Source of the DNA: Amoebophrya sp. A120
Lineage: Eukaryota; Protista; Dinoflagellata
Length of the DNA stretch: 64,000 nt
Direction of reading: 5' to 3'
NCBI GenBank assembly: GCA_905178155.1
Contig: CAJINV010000004.1
Coordinates: forward strand, 6,702,933 to 6,766,932
Shown here one piece after another: positions 36,182 to 48,104 of this stretch. The stretch's first letter is position 1; each line of letters begins with the position of its first letter. The notes under the pieces were generated by a model. That model made no database searches and was not told the DNA's origin. It saw only the letters and a program-made list of their open reading frames with translations. The position numbers were made by a program, and so were the translations under genes.

Positions 36182-38992
36182 ATGGCGGAGAAGATTTCAA
36201 AGCGATCGGCCGACAGCGCCGCTGGCGCCGAGGGCGTCACGAAGAAAAAGAAGAAGCAGAAGACGGAAGCGAAGGAGGCAGTCGCGGTTGAGGAGCCAAA
36301 GGTTGCTGAAAGTGAACAAACCGCACCTGCCTCTACTACCGAGAAGAAGAAAAAGAAAAAGAAGAATAAAGACAGCAGCCCAGCTGGTACCGAGGAAACT
36401 AGCACCACCGCAACAGCCGCTGGCTCCCCAACTACGGAGGAGGAAGTAGTCGCTGCTGTTGAAGAGCCGGTCGTTGCAGAGAAAAAAAAGAAGAAAAAGA
36501 AGAGCAAAGACACGACAGGAGATGTTGATGTTGTTGAAACGGCGGAAAATAAGAAAACTGCAACAGCAGAAGTTGTAGTTCCAGCAGCAGCTTCAAAAAG
36601 TAGCCAAGCAGACCACTCTTCCCACCCCTTTTACGCGGAGCACAACATTACCGTGACTGGTTGCCCCGCCCCGAAGCCCGCCGTGAAATTTTGCGAGTCC
36701 GGTCTTCCGAAAGAGGTTGCGAATCTCTGCGAGCAGAAATTCGGGAAGGACGGCAAGCCCAGCCCGATTCAGGCGGTGGCGTGGCCGCTGATCATGGAGA
36801 AGAAGGACGTTTTCGGAATCGCGAAGACCGGTTCGGGAAAGTCCCTCGCGTTTGTGTTGCCGTATCTTGCGAAGCGGCTGCAGGAACACAAACTAGCGGT
36901 CCAGAACGGGGAAGAGAAGAAGAAGCAGAAGAAGCACCACTACCCCTCCATGGTCTGTCTCGCGCCGACCAAGGAATTGGTCCAGCAAATCGCCGAAGTG
37001 GCGGAGGAATTCACGAAGCAACTGGATTTACAGCTCACCGTCCACTGCATTATCGGTGGCGTGCCGAAATACGAACAGGTGAATAAAATTAAGAAATCCG
37101 CGTGCGATTTGGTCATCGCCACCCCCGGGAGACTCCTCGATTTGGTCGAGAACGACCAGGTTTTGAACCTATCCAAATGCGAATACTTGGTGTTGGACGA
37201 GGCCGACCGCATGTTGGACGTATCCTGAGGAAAAACGTCCCCACACCAGAGTTGTCATACAAATGTGCAATGACAGGAACATTTGTAATGCGCAGCTCCA
37301 TGAGAGGAATTTCCAATCTTGTTTTGCAATTTGTAATGCTTTAAACAGGATGTGAAAATGGCTTTCTCATGCGGCTTCTCTTGCCAATCAGCACTACACG
37401 GCAGAGGGAAATTTGTGATGCACAGCTCCCAAAACCTGGAGACTTGTGTTGCTAGATTCCCAACGCCATCTTGACTATGGGGTGGGGACGTTTTTGCTTA
37501 GGATAGGACGACGGGTTTATCCTATCCATCCGAAAAATCGCGGACTACTGCACAAACGAAGACAAACAAAAGCACCGGCAAACGGTGCTCTTCTCCGCCA
37601 CCTGGCCGATGGAGGTGAACAAGCTCGCGCGGGGCTTACTCCCCAGCAGCGAGAAGCGCGACGAAGCGGTCACGATCACGATTTTGCGGAAGGGGCAAAC
37701 GATCGACGACCCGGATAACATCAACACGGAGGATAAATTATGCATTGCAAAAGTATCGTACTAGTATGAATCGCATCACAAATTTTGCCAAGAACAAATC
37801 TGCAATTTGTCATGCTCGGCAAGGTAGCAAGTTAGATTTGTAATGCATGACAGCAATTACTACGAGTGCGATACTTTTGCACAGGATACAAATTGCAGCT
37901 AAACGACGCGATCAAGCAAAAGTTCCACATACTACCGGACGGACGGCAGAAATACGGGTTGTTGACGAAGACACTGAAGGAGAACAAGGACAAAAAAATT
38001 TTGATCTTTGGCTTGTACAAGAAGGAAGTCGCGAATTTGGAAAACTGGTTGAGGCAAGAGGGCCACAAAATCGTCGCATTGCAGGGCGACATGCTGCAGG
38101 ACAAGCGGACGAAAGCGATTGAGGATTTCAAAAAGAGTACTAGAATTGGGTTTTCTTGGTGGTTTTTGTCATGTACTGCGGATGTAGGTGGACCTACTTT
38201 GTTAAGATCCAAAGTTTTCGTGATGTACACAACAGCATGAGAAATTCTATTCATTTTTATCTATAAACACAAAAACCGTTATCTATGACAAGACTGTCAC
38301 ATAAATTGTGCTCGAGTGTACGTCCACTCACAACAGGATGAGATAACGACAGAGACTAATGTCAAGGACAAACACACAGATGATGATGATGATGATGATG
38401 ATGATGACACAAAAACCGAATTATGAAACCAAACAGACGTCTGCCGCCTTCTCGTCGCCACGGACGTCGCGGCGCGCGGCTTGGACATTAAGGACATTGA
38501 CATGGTAATCAACTACACTTTCCCCCTCACCTGCGAAGACTTCGTGCACCGCTGCGGGCGAACCGGACGGGCGGGCAGGACCGGACAGGCAATTACGTTT
38601 TTCAACACAACGGGGGAGCACAAAGAACGGGAGCACTGTATTGCTATTGATTTTGGCGTTTTTTTTGGCTGAAAAATTTACGAAATCCAAATCGGCTTGC
38701 CACAAGCGTGTTCTGATGCGGCGCAAACATCAATAATGATGAAATGCAATAGGAGGTTAGTAAGTATTCTCATTTTGAATAATTGCAAAACACAGGCTTC
38801 GACATCATCCGCCTGTTGGAAGGCGCGAAGCAGCCGGTGCCGGATGAATTGAAGAAACTGAACGCCAACACTTTCACAGCGACGAAGAAAAAATCGCACG
38901 GTATGTACGGAGATTTTTTCAAATCAGCCGAGGAAATGGAAAAGTTGAGCAAGAAAAAGGTCCAGATGAGCTTTGACTCCGACTCGGACTAG
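36182..38992 (+). CDS. DBP3: DEAD-box RNA helicase, DBP3-like (ribosome biogenesis)
   Basis: Lys-rich N-terminus; [69 protein letters not shown] and DBP3-type tail [13 protein letters not shown]...FD; two introners, GT-AG introns 38137-38436 and 38638-38795. Confidence 0.85.
37221..37505. mobile_element. Introner, family C
   Basis: TSD ggacg/ggacg; removal gives [18 protein letters not shown]. Confidence 0.93.
37739..37888. mobile_element. Introner, family A
   Basis: TSD taaat/caaat. Confidence 0.88.
38379..38407. repeat. (GAT)n microsatellite in a DBP3 intron
   Basis: gatgatgat run. Confidence 0.9.
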
Positions 38993-39586
38993 AATAAAAG
39001 CGCAGTTGGAGGTTCTTCTTAATCCGAAGACGATAAAGCTTCACTACAAGTGGTTCGACATTATTTTGTAATGGAACGATGTATGAAGTAACTGGCACAT
39101 GAGCAAGTGATTCCACCGTGAATTATCGCAGCACATCAAGATGAACCAAGAAGCGAAAGTCACAGGAACGCTAGCGCACGCAGTTTTTCGATCATAGCAG
39201 TACGTGCATAGAAAATTTACTGAACGGAGAGCGTTCGCGCTCCTGCTTCCAGGAGCTAAGGCTGCATGCACGACACAGAATTTTTGTCGTGTTGCGCCGA
39301 ACTTTGAATAGAAGGCAGTCGTGTTCTGTTCTTGATGCTGAACTGCGATGAAATCGAGGGGCATGAGAACAACGACGAGAACGGCCGGTTTGATGCGTGA
39401 GCGCTTCAACATCTGAGAGATGATCTTTCCCGTTTTTTTCTTTTCGTATCTTTCTGCGTGATAGATTTTGTGCTTCATTGCTGCAGATAGAGGATCTCTC
39501 AAAATGGATTCGGATGTGACCTGAACGATGAAGCCGCGGTGAGTTCCTGTTCCAGCGTGGTTGTCCACCGCAGCGAAGGGGCAACC

Positions 39587-42500
39587 ATGCTGCGAGGAGG
39601 TTGGCGGGCGCTGGTCCTGGTGTGGGTCGCGGGCTTCAGTAGAGATATTGGACAAGAAGCCTCAGCGCTTTCATTGCAGAGGAGGCTGCAGCATTTTCGC
39701 GATCAGAAAGTAGAGCTAGGCGTGGTCCAGGGCCGGTCTAGTGTGCGCTTGCAGACGAGTAGAAGAACTTTTCGACGGCGCCAGAACACCCTGCTCACAG
39801 ACAACGCTACCGCAAGTTCGACCGCAGCAAGTTCTACCCCGGATCCGACCGTCTGCGAGAACATCCACGCCCCGGCAAACGCGGCGACCTTTACCTGTGG
39901 CTCGACTTTGAAAGCGGGAACCTCTTGCTCCGACTTCACGTGCGCAGCCGGGTTTGAAAAAGTAAGCGCCTTCACCTGCGGATCATCTGGAGCCAACGGA
40001 GAGGCCACGGGGTTGTCCACACGGGGGCAGTGCAAGAGAAAGTTTTGCCCGGCCGCGGCAATCGTCAGTGCGCTCGGGAAAATCGAGAATGCGAACAGCA
40101 CGATCGTGGAAATAAATAAATCTTCTTCCAGCATCAAAGGGTCCTTCTCGTCTTGTGACACGAAAAACCCGCTAGCCGCTGGCCAGACTTGCGACCCGGT
40201 GTGCAACACGGGCTTCGTCGCGACGGGCAGCTTGACGTGCAATCCCGCTTCTCTGCAACTTGAAGGGCCGGCGGGCTTGAAATGCGTGACTGCGATGAAG
40301 CAGGATGTTGAACAAGGGAGCAAGCAGAACTGCAGCAGTCTCGTTCTCCCCCTGCATATGAGAGTGCACAACTCCCCCTCCCCTCATTTGAAGGGCATAA
40401 GCAGCAACACAAGTGCTGGCATAAAGCAGCTTTTGCATGAGAAATTTGCGCCCGATTCTAGTGGTGTTTTGGCTTCCATAACCTGTCATGCAAGCAGTGC
40501 CAAAGGGAAAAGGCTCGAACTCGATTTGGTATTTCGCATGACAAATGAGGGAGAGAGGGGGTTGTGCACTCTCATGCTGCATGCGAAGAGCTCGGAGTGT
40601 GGGTCGTTGAAACCCGGGGAGTCCTGCGACAAATTTTCCTGCAACACCGGGTTTACGAAGAGCGGAAAATTCGTTTGCTCAGCGGTCGATGCCAACAACG
40701 TGACCAGCCTGCTGGAAGTCGGCAGATGCGAAAAAACTACCTGCAGAGTATTGTCGGAGGGAGGCGCAGCTGATGAAACCACTGACCTGATCAAATCCTT
40801 ATCAACCGCCATCCCGCAAATATCCCTCCCCTTTCTAAACACCTCCTTCTCCAACAACGCCGTCCGCCTCTTTGCCAACGAATCACTCGAGCTGGAATGC
40901 AACCCGGGGTACAAATCCACCGGCAGTCTGAAGTATCCTGTGCAAAAGTATCGCACTGATACGAATTGCAGTTATGCATGACAAATGTTCTTTCCAAGGT
41001 AAAACAGCATGACAAATTCAATTTTTCAGGCTGAGAAAATTTGTAATGCAATTGATACTAGTACGATACTTCTGCAATGCATATGAAGTGCGGGGCTGAT
41101 GGGAAAATCTTTGAAAAGCCAAGTTGCGTTCGGCTCAACTGCAGTTCTTTTACCACTCTTAATGCGACAAAATCCTGCGGTGTTCTCTCCTCAAACCAAA
41201 CCTGCAGCGATTTCACGTGCTCCACCGGCTTCACCCCTTCTGGTCAGTACCAGTGTGCCAGTGATGCGACGCACTTGATCACGCTTGGCTCCTGCAGTCG
41301 GAATTTCTGTCCGATGATCCCGAAGCCGAACAACAGCGTCAGTTGGAACACCACTGGTAAAAAGCTCGCCGCGGGAATGACGAAACGGCTGCAGTGCGCG
41401 GTCGGTTACAAAGCCAAAGGGAAATTCGTTTGCAACAGTGAGGGCAACAACATCACGGAAATGGCCTCCTGCGAACGGCAGTACTGCCAGGGGATTGTCC
41501 CGCCCGCGAACGCACTGAATTTCTGGTGTCAGATATTGCAATGAAAAATGCCCCCACCCCCGAACTTGTAAGCATTTGTATTGCAAACCTTTCGAAATGA
41601 AACACTCGCCCTCTTGCATGTATCAGCATCACAGATTTCCAATCGTGAATAGCAAAAATTTGTATTGCAAAAGATCCCAGCAAAAGCGGCGCTTGTCATG
41701 CAAGCGCTGCGACACACGCCTAGACTCTGCATCACAAAGATTCATACTCCTTTTATGCATGACAAAAACCTTTCATTTGGAAACTTTGCATCACAAATTA
41801 TTGCAATTTCAGGGGTGGGGGGCACTTTTCACTGTAATATCAGACCATACCCAGCGGGGAGAATTGTACCCTGACCTGTGCGGAGGGATACATGCCATCT
41901 AGTACAGGAGCAAATGTCGCGAATGGAACTACATCTTCGAGCAATCTTTTCGTCTGTAACAAAGACGCGACCAACGTCACTACCGTTCCGACCTGCGTTA
42001 TCGCAAGAAAAAAGTGTTACAGGAGTTGCATTGTGTTGCAGGCCAAGCAAGACAGACCAGCTCTTTGATGCCGGATATGCATAGGAGCTTCGTTTCATAG
42101 GCGTTTTCCCTTAGGATTTCTGCATTGCAATTTTTCTCTCTCATGCAGAGAAATTTGTGTTGGTGAATTGACAACAAATGTTTAACTGTAAAACTTTTTT
42201 CGTGGGATATGCGTGAGGAAGCAATTATCCGCCATCCCGCCAGAAAACGCCGCGCTCCCCTTCCCCTGCGCGTCTGTTTCTTCGAACGCAACGTGTCAAC
42301 ACCAGTGCAATCTCGGGTACGCCGTGGTTGGGAAATTCACGGTAAATTCCGACGGGTCGAATTTCACGGAACAGGGGTCCTGCTTGCGGAAAACCTGCGC
42401 GAACTTGACATCCCCCGCCAACGCGACGAATTTTAACTGCCAGCAAATCAACAGCGGCGAGGCGTGCAACATCACCTGCATCACAGGTTTCGACGCGATC

Positions 42501-44840
42501 GGCGAATTTCGCTGCAGCGCCAGCGGTATGAACTGCAAAAGCATCGTACTAGTATAAATCGCATGGCAAATTTTCTCAGCATGAGAAAGGAAATTTGTAA
42601 TGCGGACTCGCCTTAACATAAAAAAATTGTCTTGCATACATGCGATTAGTACGAGTACGATACTTTTGCACAGGATAAGCGGTGACGAAGTGGTGTCGAA
42701 AGCGAGATGCAATCCGTCGAAGTTATACCTGTCGATCGTCAGACGGGAAAAATCATTGGAGAAAAATTATGGAAGACTAGTCGCAAACGTGGAGACTTTG
42801 CAATCCAGGTTGAATTTGTTTCGGAGAAAAGTGGCAACGCCCCTGGACGTCAGTTCGACCTCTTTTGGTGGATCCTCGGGCTCAGCTATTGGGCAGCAGG
42901 CAGCAACGATGAAAACAGCTGTTTCGAACAATTTCAACGTTTTGCAGGCTAAGGCGACCGAGACCGAGCAGGAATTGGCGAAGGTGCAGACAAGTGTCGC
43001 GTCGAATGCGAACCTCCTCGCCTCCGCGCTCTTCGCGCGGACGTTTGCGAGTGCGCGGGCGGATCAAAACACGACAGCTACTGCTCCAGGCACAAATAAT
43101 GCCAGCGTTGTAGTTGTCGCGACCCCTCTTGATGTTCCCGTTTCTGGTGGCGGCGGAAGCACTGTTAAAAATGCGCCGTTTTGGCAGGAGTTGGACCGCC
43201 GCAGCCCGCGACTCGATCAAATGATCAACCAAACCCAGGGTTTACAGGAGAAAGTGGCGCCGACAAGTACAACTTCTACTTCTAGAGAGAATAATAGCTC
43301 TACAACTTCTACTTCTTCCAATGGAACCGCAACCACAGCATCAGCAGAAACGGGCCAAGCCAATAACACCGCCACCGGGTCGTCGCTCTCTGTGCGGGAG
43401 CGGGTGCGCAAACTCGAGACGGATTGGGAGGAAGCGAAGCCACTGATCGAGAAAAAAATGGTATCCTGAGTAAAAATGTCCCCACCCCAGAGTTGTCATG
43501 CAGATTTGCGATTACATACAGGAAGATTTGTAATGCGCATCTCCTTCAGGGGCGTTTCCAATCGTGTTTTGGAATTTGTAATGCTGTAAACAGGATAAGC
43601 AGATGGATTTGTGATGCGGTTGTCGTTGCTAACTTGCACTACACTACGGACTGCAACTTGTCATGCGTGACTTCCAAAACTTCTGGATTTGTGTTGCTAA
43701 GTTCCCACCTTGACTCTGGTGTGGGGACGTTTTTACATATGATAAATGGCGAAATTCTCGGAAAACGAACACAAGACTTTGAGTAATCCGGTGGAATACT
43801 TCGTGAATTTGACCGCTTCGGATGTTTTATGCTGTGCAAAACTATCGTACTCGTAGTAATTGCAATCATGCATTACAAATTCCTTTTTCAAGGTAAAACC
43901 GCATTAGAAATATCATTTCTCACACAGGCAGAGGAAATTTGTAATGCATTTATACGAGTACGATACTTCTTGTGCATTGAATATGTTTTGTCGAACGAGA
44001 TGAAGGCGATCATCCTCGGGGTCGCGAAAAACTGGGGAATGGCGGTGAAATTGGGTAGTATGTAGTGAGGTCACCGAACGGTTCTAACCAGGGAGTTTTT
44101 TTGACAGCTACCCTGAAAAACGACCGGCAGTTTTCAAGCGGCCGGAGGCGTTTTTTGACATAAAAATTTTTTAATTATCAAGCGGACGGGGCTTTGCCGT
44201 CAAACAAGCCCGGTCGAAAACTATCGACTCGCACTTGATAAAACGACGCAGGGGAGCCGGCAAAAGGGGCGCCCTTCTGAGGCGCCCGCCGCCTTGGTTT
44301 CTGGCGATTTGGGGCGCCCAAAAAGGGGCGCGCAAAAAACGCGCCCAAAATCAGAACAGCGAAACAGCACGGCACGGCCGCGATTTCGGAGCATTTTGGG
44401 CGGCCGCGAAAGCGGCTGCCTTTTCGCCGGTTTCAGAGCCTGGGAAGCTTTGCAAAAGGCGCCGGCGTGAAAAATAAAAACGCGAAAAAGAAAAAGCGCC
44501 CCAGGCGCGCAAAGCCAATCCGCATGCTATGGGCCCGATTTTCCTTCGCTTTTTGGGCGCCCCCCGTGGCACCCGGATCGGCCCCATAGCATGGGGGCTG
44601 TCCTTCGGAAAGGAATTTCGGTAATTTGCCAAAATTTGCGATGTTTATCAAGCGGCCGCCATACCGTGCGGCCTAACGTTACTCCCGGCGGTATGGCGAG
44701 CCCAGAAAAAGCAAAGCCGCGGCCAAGGCGATGGCCGGCAAGAAAACGCCCACGACCTCACTACCTCCGCCCCGGCGGCTATATTTGGTAGCTCCTCTGC
44801 GGGGGGTGGCAGTGGTGGTGTTGGGTCAGGATCTGTTTGA
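39587..44840 (+). CDS. Secreted Cys-rich repeat protein (sushi/CCP-like modules) with coiled-coil and Ser/Thr-rich C-terminus
   Basis: Signal peptide; repeated Cx2-3(F/L)xCxxG(F/Y)xxxGx(F/L)xC modules; continuous frame after removing 7 introners and the 44059-44791 insertion; last exon uncertain. Confidence 0.7.
40357..40576. mobile_element. Introner, family B (right end ATG)
   Basis: TSD ctgca/ctgca. Confidence 0.88.
40934..41083. mobile_element. Introner, family A
   Basis: TSD tgaag/tgaag. Confidence 0.9.
41534..41839. mobile_element. Introner, family F (TATTGCAATGAAAAATGCCCCCACCCC TIR)
   Basis: TSD tcaga/tcaga; in-frame WCQTIPSGENC. Confidence 0.9.
41999..42209. mobile_element. Introner, family G-like (TATCGCAAGAAAAAAGTGTTACAG TIR)
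   Basis: TSD tgcgt/tgcgt. Confidence 0.85.
42527..42677. mobile_element. Introner, family A
   Basis: TSD agcgg/agcgg. Confidence 0.9.
43462..43744. mobile_element. Introner, family C
   Basis: TSD aatgg/aatgg. Confidence 0.9.
43828..43983. mobile_element. Introner, family A
   Basis: TSD tgttt/tgttt. Confidence 0.88.
44059..44791. mobile_element. ~730-bp non-autonomous element, copy 2, inserted near the 3' end of the Cys-rich gene
   Basis: Homologous to 21483-22215; ggtag on both sides. Confidence 0.78.
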
Positions 44841-47800
44841 CGAGTAACAATTTGTCCTCACATCAAGCTGAATATCAATATTCGTATTGTGCTTTTCTTT
44901 TCCACAAAATGAAAAAAGAGCTTTGGTAGCGCAGCTCCCGATGTACGTTTTCTTTTCTCTTGAGGTTGAAATAACGTTCCGTAAGAGGTGTGGAAGATAG
45001 ATCGCCTATTTTCACCAGCACCGGAGCCCATCGCCCGACCTAGAGTTGCGGAACCCGCGTGCATGTCTGATATGTTCGCCAGTGCTGGGAAGGCGGAGTC
45101 GGAGACGAGGGTAGGGGAAAGTATGCCAGCGTAGAACTGAAGTAAGTTTTTTTATCTTCCGAAGAGGGGGCTGCGCAGCGGCTGCGGCGTTTGTTGAGAG
45201 AGAGAGAGAGAGAGAGCGTGCGCGTGTGTTAGAAAGGAGTGACTCGCGCAGCGTTTCGAGTTAGCCGAGTTTTTTTTTCATGAAGACCAGGACGTCCTAT
45301 TTTTGCTTTTATTTTTTAGCAGTGGGCGGCGGTGTTGATGTTGAAGACGCTCAAGCTCCTCCACCGGGACATAAAACCAGGAAGCTTGGTGCTCGCCGAG
45401 GACTTCTGCGGGGCGGGAATCGGTGCCGGATCTCCACACGGCGGCGCGTGCGGGCTTTCCGGTGGAGCGGTTCAGTGTGCAGGACATAATCGAAGAGGGC
45501 GCGGCTCGATTCCTGTGCGCTAACAAGGACACGCAGAAAACCGGCTTTCGCGTTACCCAGCTGGGCGCGGAACTCTTCCCGGGAGCCCAGTCGGGCGGCG
45601 TTCGCCTGGCACGCAAAAGCCCCGAGCACCTGGAAGCCCCCAGCGCGGCGCCGTTCCGCCGCGCGCCCGCGCCGGGGGGGGCACTTCGCAGGCCCTGCGA
45701 ACCATCCAACGCGATACGCCGGGCCGGTTTTGCCCGCCGCCTCCTGCCGTGTTGCTTGAAATTGCCGCGCACGCGTACGCGGCGCGCCCCAGCCAGTGGC
45801 GGCCTGATCCGCTGGCCCGCTTGCTAATTGCCTGGGGTTGACTGTCTGTCCGCGCTGCTGTGTCGCCGCACTGGCGCTGGATGCATGCGGCGCGGCCAGA
45901 ACCGCGGGCGGGCGCTTGAACATCGATCCAGGCCGCCCCGCATTTGGGGGTCGCAGGTTCATCCCCCGCTCACATGACGCACCCGGCCGTATCGAAGTAT
46001 TTCCCTCTGCATCTGAGTACACTGCATGTGCTTAAACGTCTCACCAGCTACGGGCGCATCAGTCCCCACGTCTAGTTGTAGGGCCCATGTCTGATATGTT
46101 CGCCACTGGGAAGCCGGAGTCCATCGGAGTCGAGGGCGCAACAACGTATGCCAGCGCAGTATTGAAATACTTAGTTGTTGGAGGAGGTTTGTTTCTTCCG
46201 CGCCGGAGGGGGCTGTTCCGTGGGTGCGGTGTACATTGAGAGGGAGAACGAGTGGTGCGTGATAGTGCAGTGACTGGAGTGTCGTGTGGAGTTGACCGGG
46301 ATTATTTTCATGAAACGCGAAAGCAGAGAGGACCAGGATATTTTTGCATTACTCCGATCACAAATCCAATCTTCCTCGTCTAGGTTGTGGCTTGAAAATC
46401 ATGGACAATCCGCTGCGGGCGCCGGCCGGTGCGGTCAAACCGCTAAAAGGGGGCGTAATGTCTAGCGAGATCGTGACGAGACAGGGGGCGCGGGCGACCA
46501 TCCAAGGCCGGCGCCCTCCCGGCTCGGGACGCGGTCGATCCGCAATGGACCGGGCAGCCCCTGCGCGAGACCCGATCGCCCGAAAAGGCCAAGAAACCGC
46601 GCTTCGCCGGCTTCGGGCGCTTTCGGAGACGCGCAGGCGCTCCGCTGGTGAAAGCAAGACGCCCCCCGGAGGCGCCCGGGCCTTTCGTCCGACCACAGGG
46701 GATTTTTTCGGGAGGGGCCCGCAGCCGGACAATTCGACCGCGGCAGCTTCCTCGCGCAGGGACTGATGAAGGCCGGGATGAAATTTCACGGCGCAGGTAC
46801 CTCCGCCCGTTCGACGCAGTGCGCGGGGGCAGCGGCAGCCCGCGAGGGAAAAACAGCGGCGGCCATGTGGATTGTCCCGCGGGGCCACCCAGCAGGGCGG
46901 CCGAAGCCCTGCAAACGCGGGCCCGCGACGAGCCGCGCTCGCTGTGTGCGCCGCCTGTTAGTTAAGCAGCTGCTGCCTGGGGTCTGTGGCCATGGGGCGC
47001 GCCCACGTGGTGGCGCGGTTGCCTGTTCCGCTGGGGCTGGCAGGGCGATTCCCTGTTCGCGTTTTTAGTTTTGTTGCATGCCTGCGCCGGCGTTGTCGCG
47101 TGGCCAGTGCATCATCTAGCGGGCGCTTGGACATGCAAGCCGCCCCTTAGCTGCGGGGGGGGAGTCGTGCCCCCCGGTTTCGGCGGCGCGCCGGAAGTGT
47201 ATGTCCGTCTGTGCCGCGGGGTTCTGACGGCCAAGCCGCGCGTCGTTTTATCAAAAATTTTAATGTGGTGAGCAGAGAGAGACCGGGACGACCGGCAGGA
47301 CATGTTCCAGTCGGCTCAGCAGTCAGAGTGCCGGAGGCAGGTGCTGCGTGTTCATGTCGACAAGAAAATCAGCGTCCCAAGGATGCCCCTATTTTAGTCG
47401 CGCCTGTTTTGCAATTGTGACGTGTTGATATTCAATCCACCTGGCTGCAATTATTCGCTCCTTGCCGGTTATTTCTTTTCCACCCTCCCTAAACGAGGGT
47501 ACAACGAAAGCTCGGTTGCTTGCCAGTACTACGCTGCGTTCCTTTCGTATCTTTCTAGAGAGCACGAAGTTAATTATCGGTCCTCGGAATTCAGCAGGCT
47601 CCCTAACGGCGTCCTCTTGGTAGTCTTTGATTGTCGTTCGTGATTTTCGTTGTTCGTGCATGTGAGTATTTCTTTATGAAAGGCAAGCGCTGAGTGATGT
47701 AGGTGTAGCTCTCGTCGGTGATGTTGCAGTTGCTTTTCTGTCGTGCGTGACCATCATTATGTGTACGCTCGTACTTCCACTCGTACCGTGACCGTTTCCA

Positions 47801-48104
47801 CAAGGCTTTTCTTCGTCGGCGCAACTCGTACAATGACAATCTAGGTGGCCTACTGCTCAACTATACCGTACAGCAATTCGTCAATTTGGTTTCGCTTTGT
47901 CGTCGCCCTGATCCCACTGGCCATCTCCTCAAACCAAGGATATTTCTCTTTTCTTGTTCTTCACACACAGGTGGGCGCGAAGTTTGCGGAACCCGTTAAA
48001 GAGATAGCGTCGTAATAAGTAATTGTGTTTCCGTGCAACAAATTTGACTTTATTTTTAGATCGAGTCGCTGCATCTCGCGAGCATATCTTGCTAAAGACC
48101 GACA

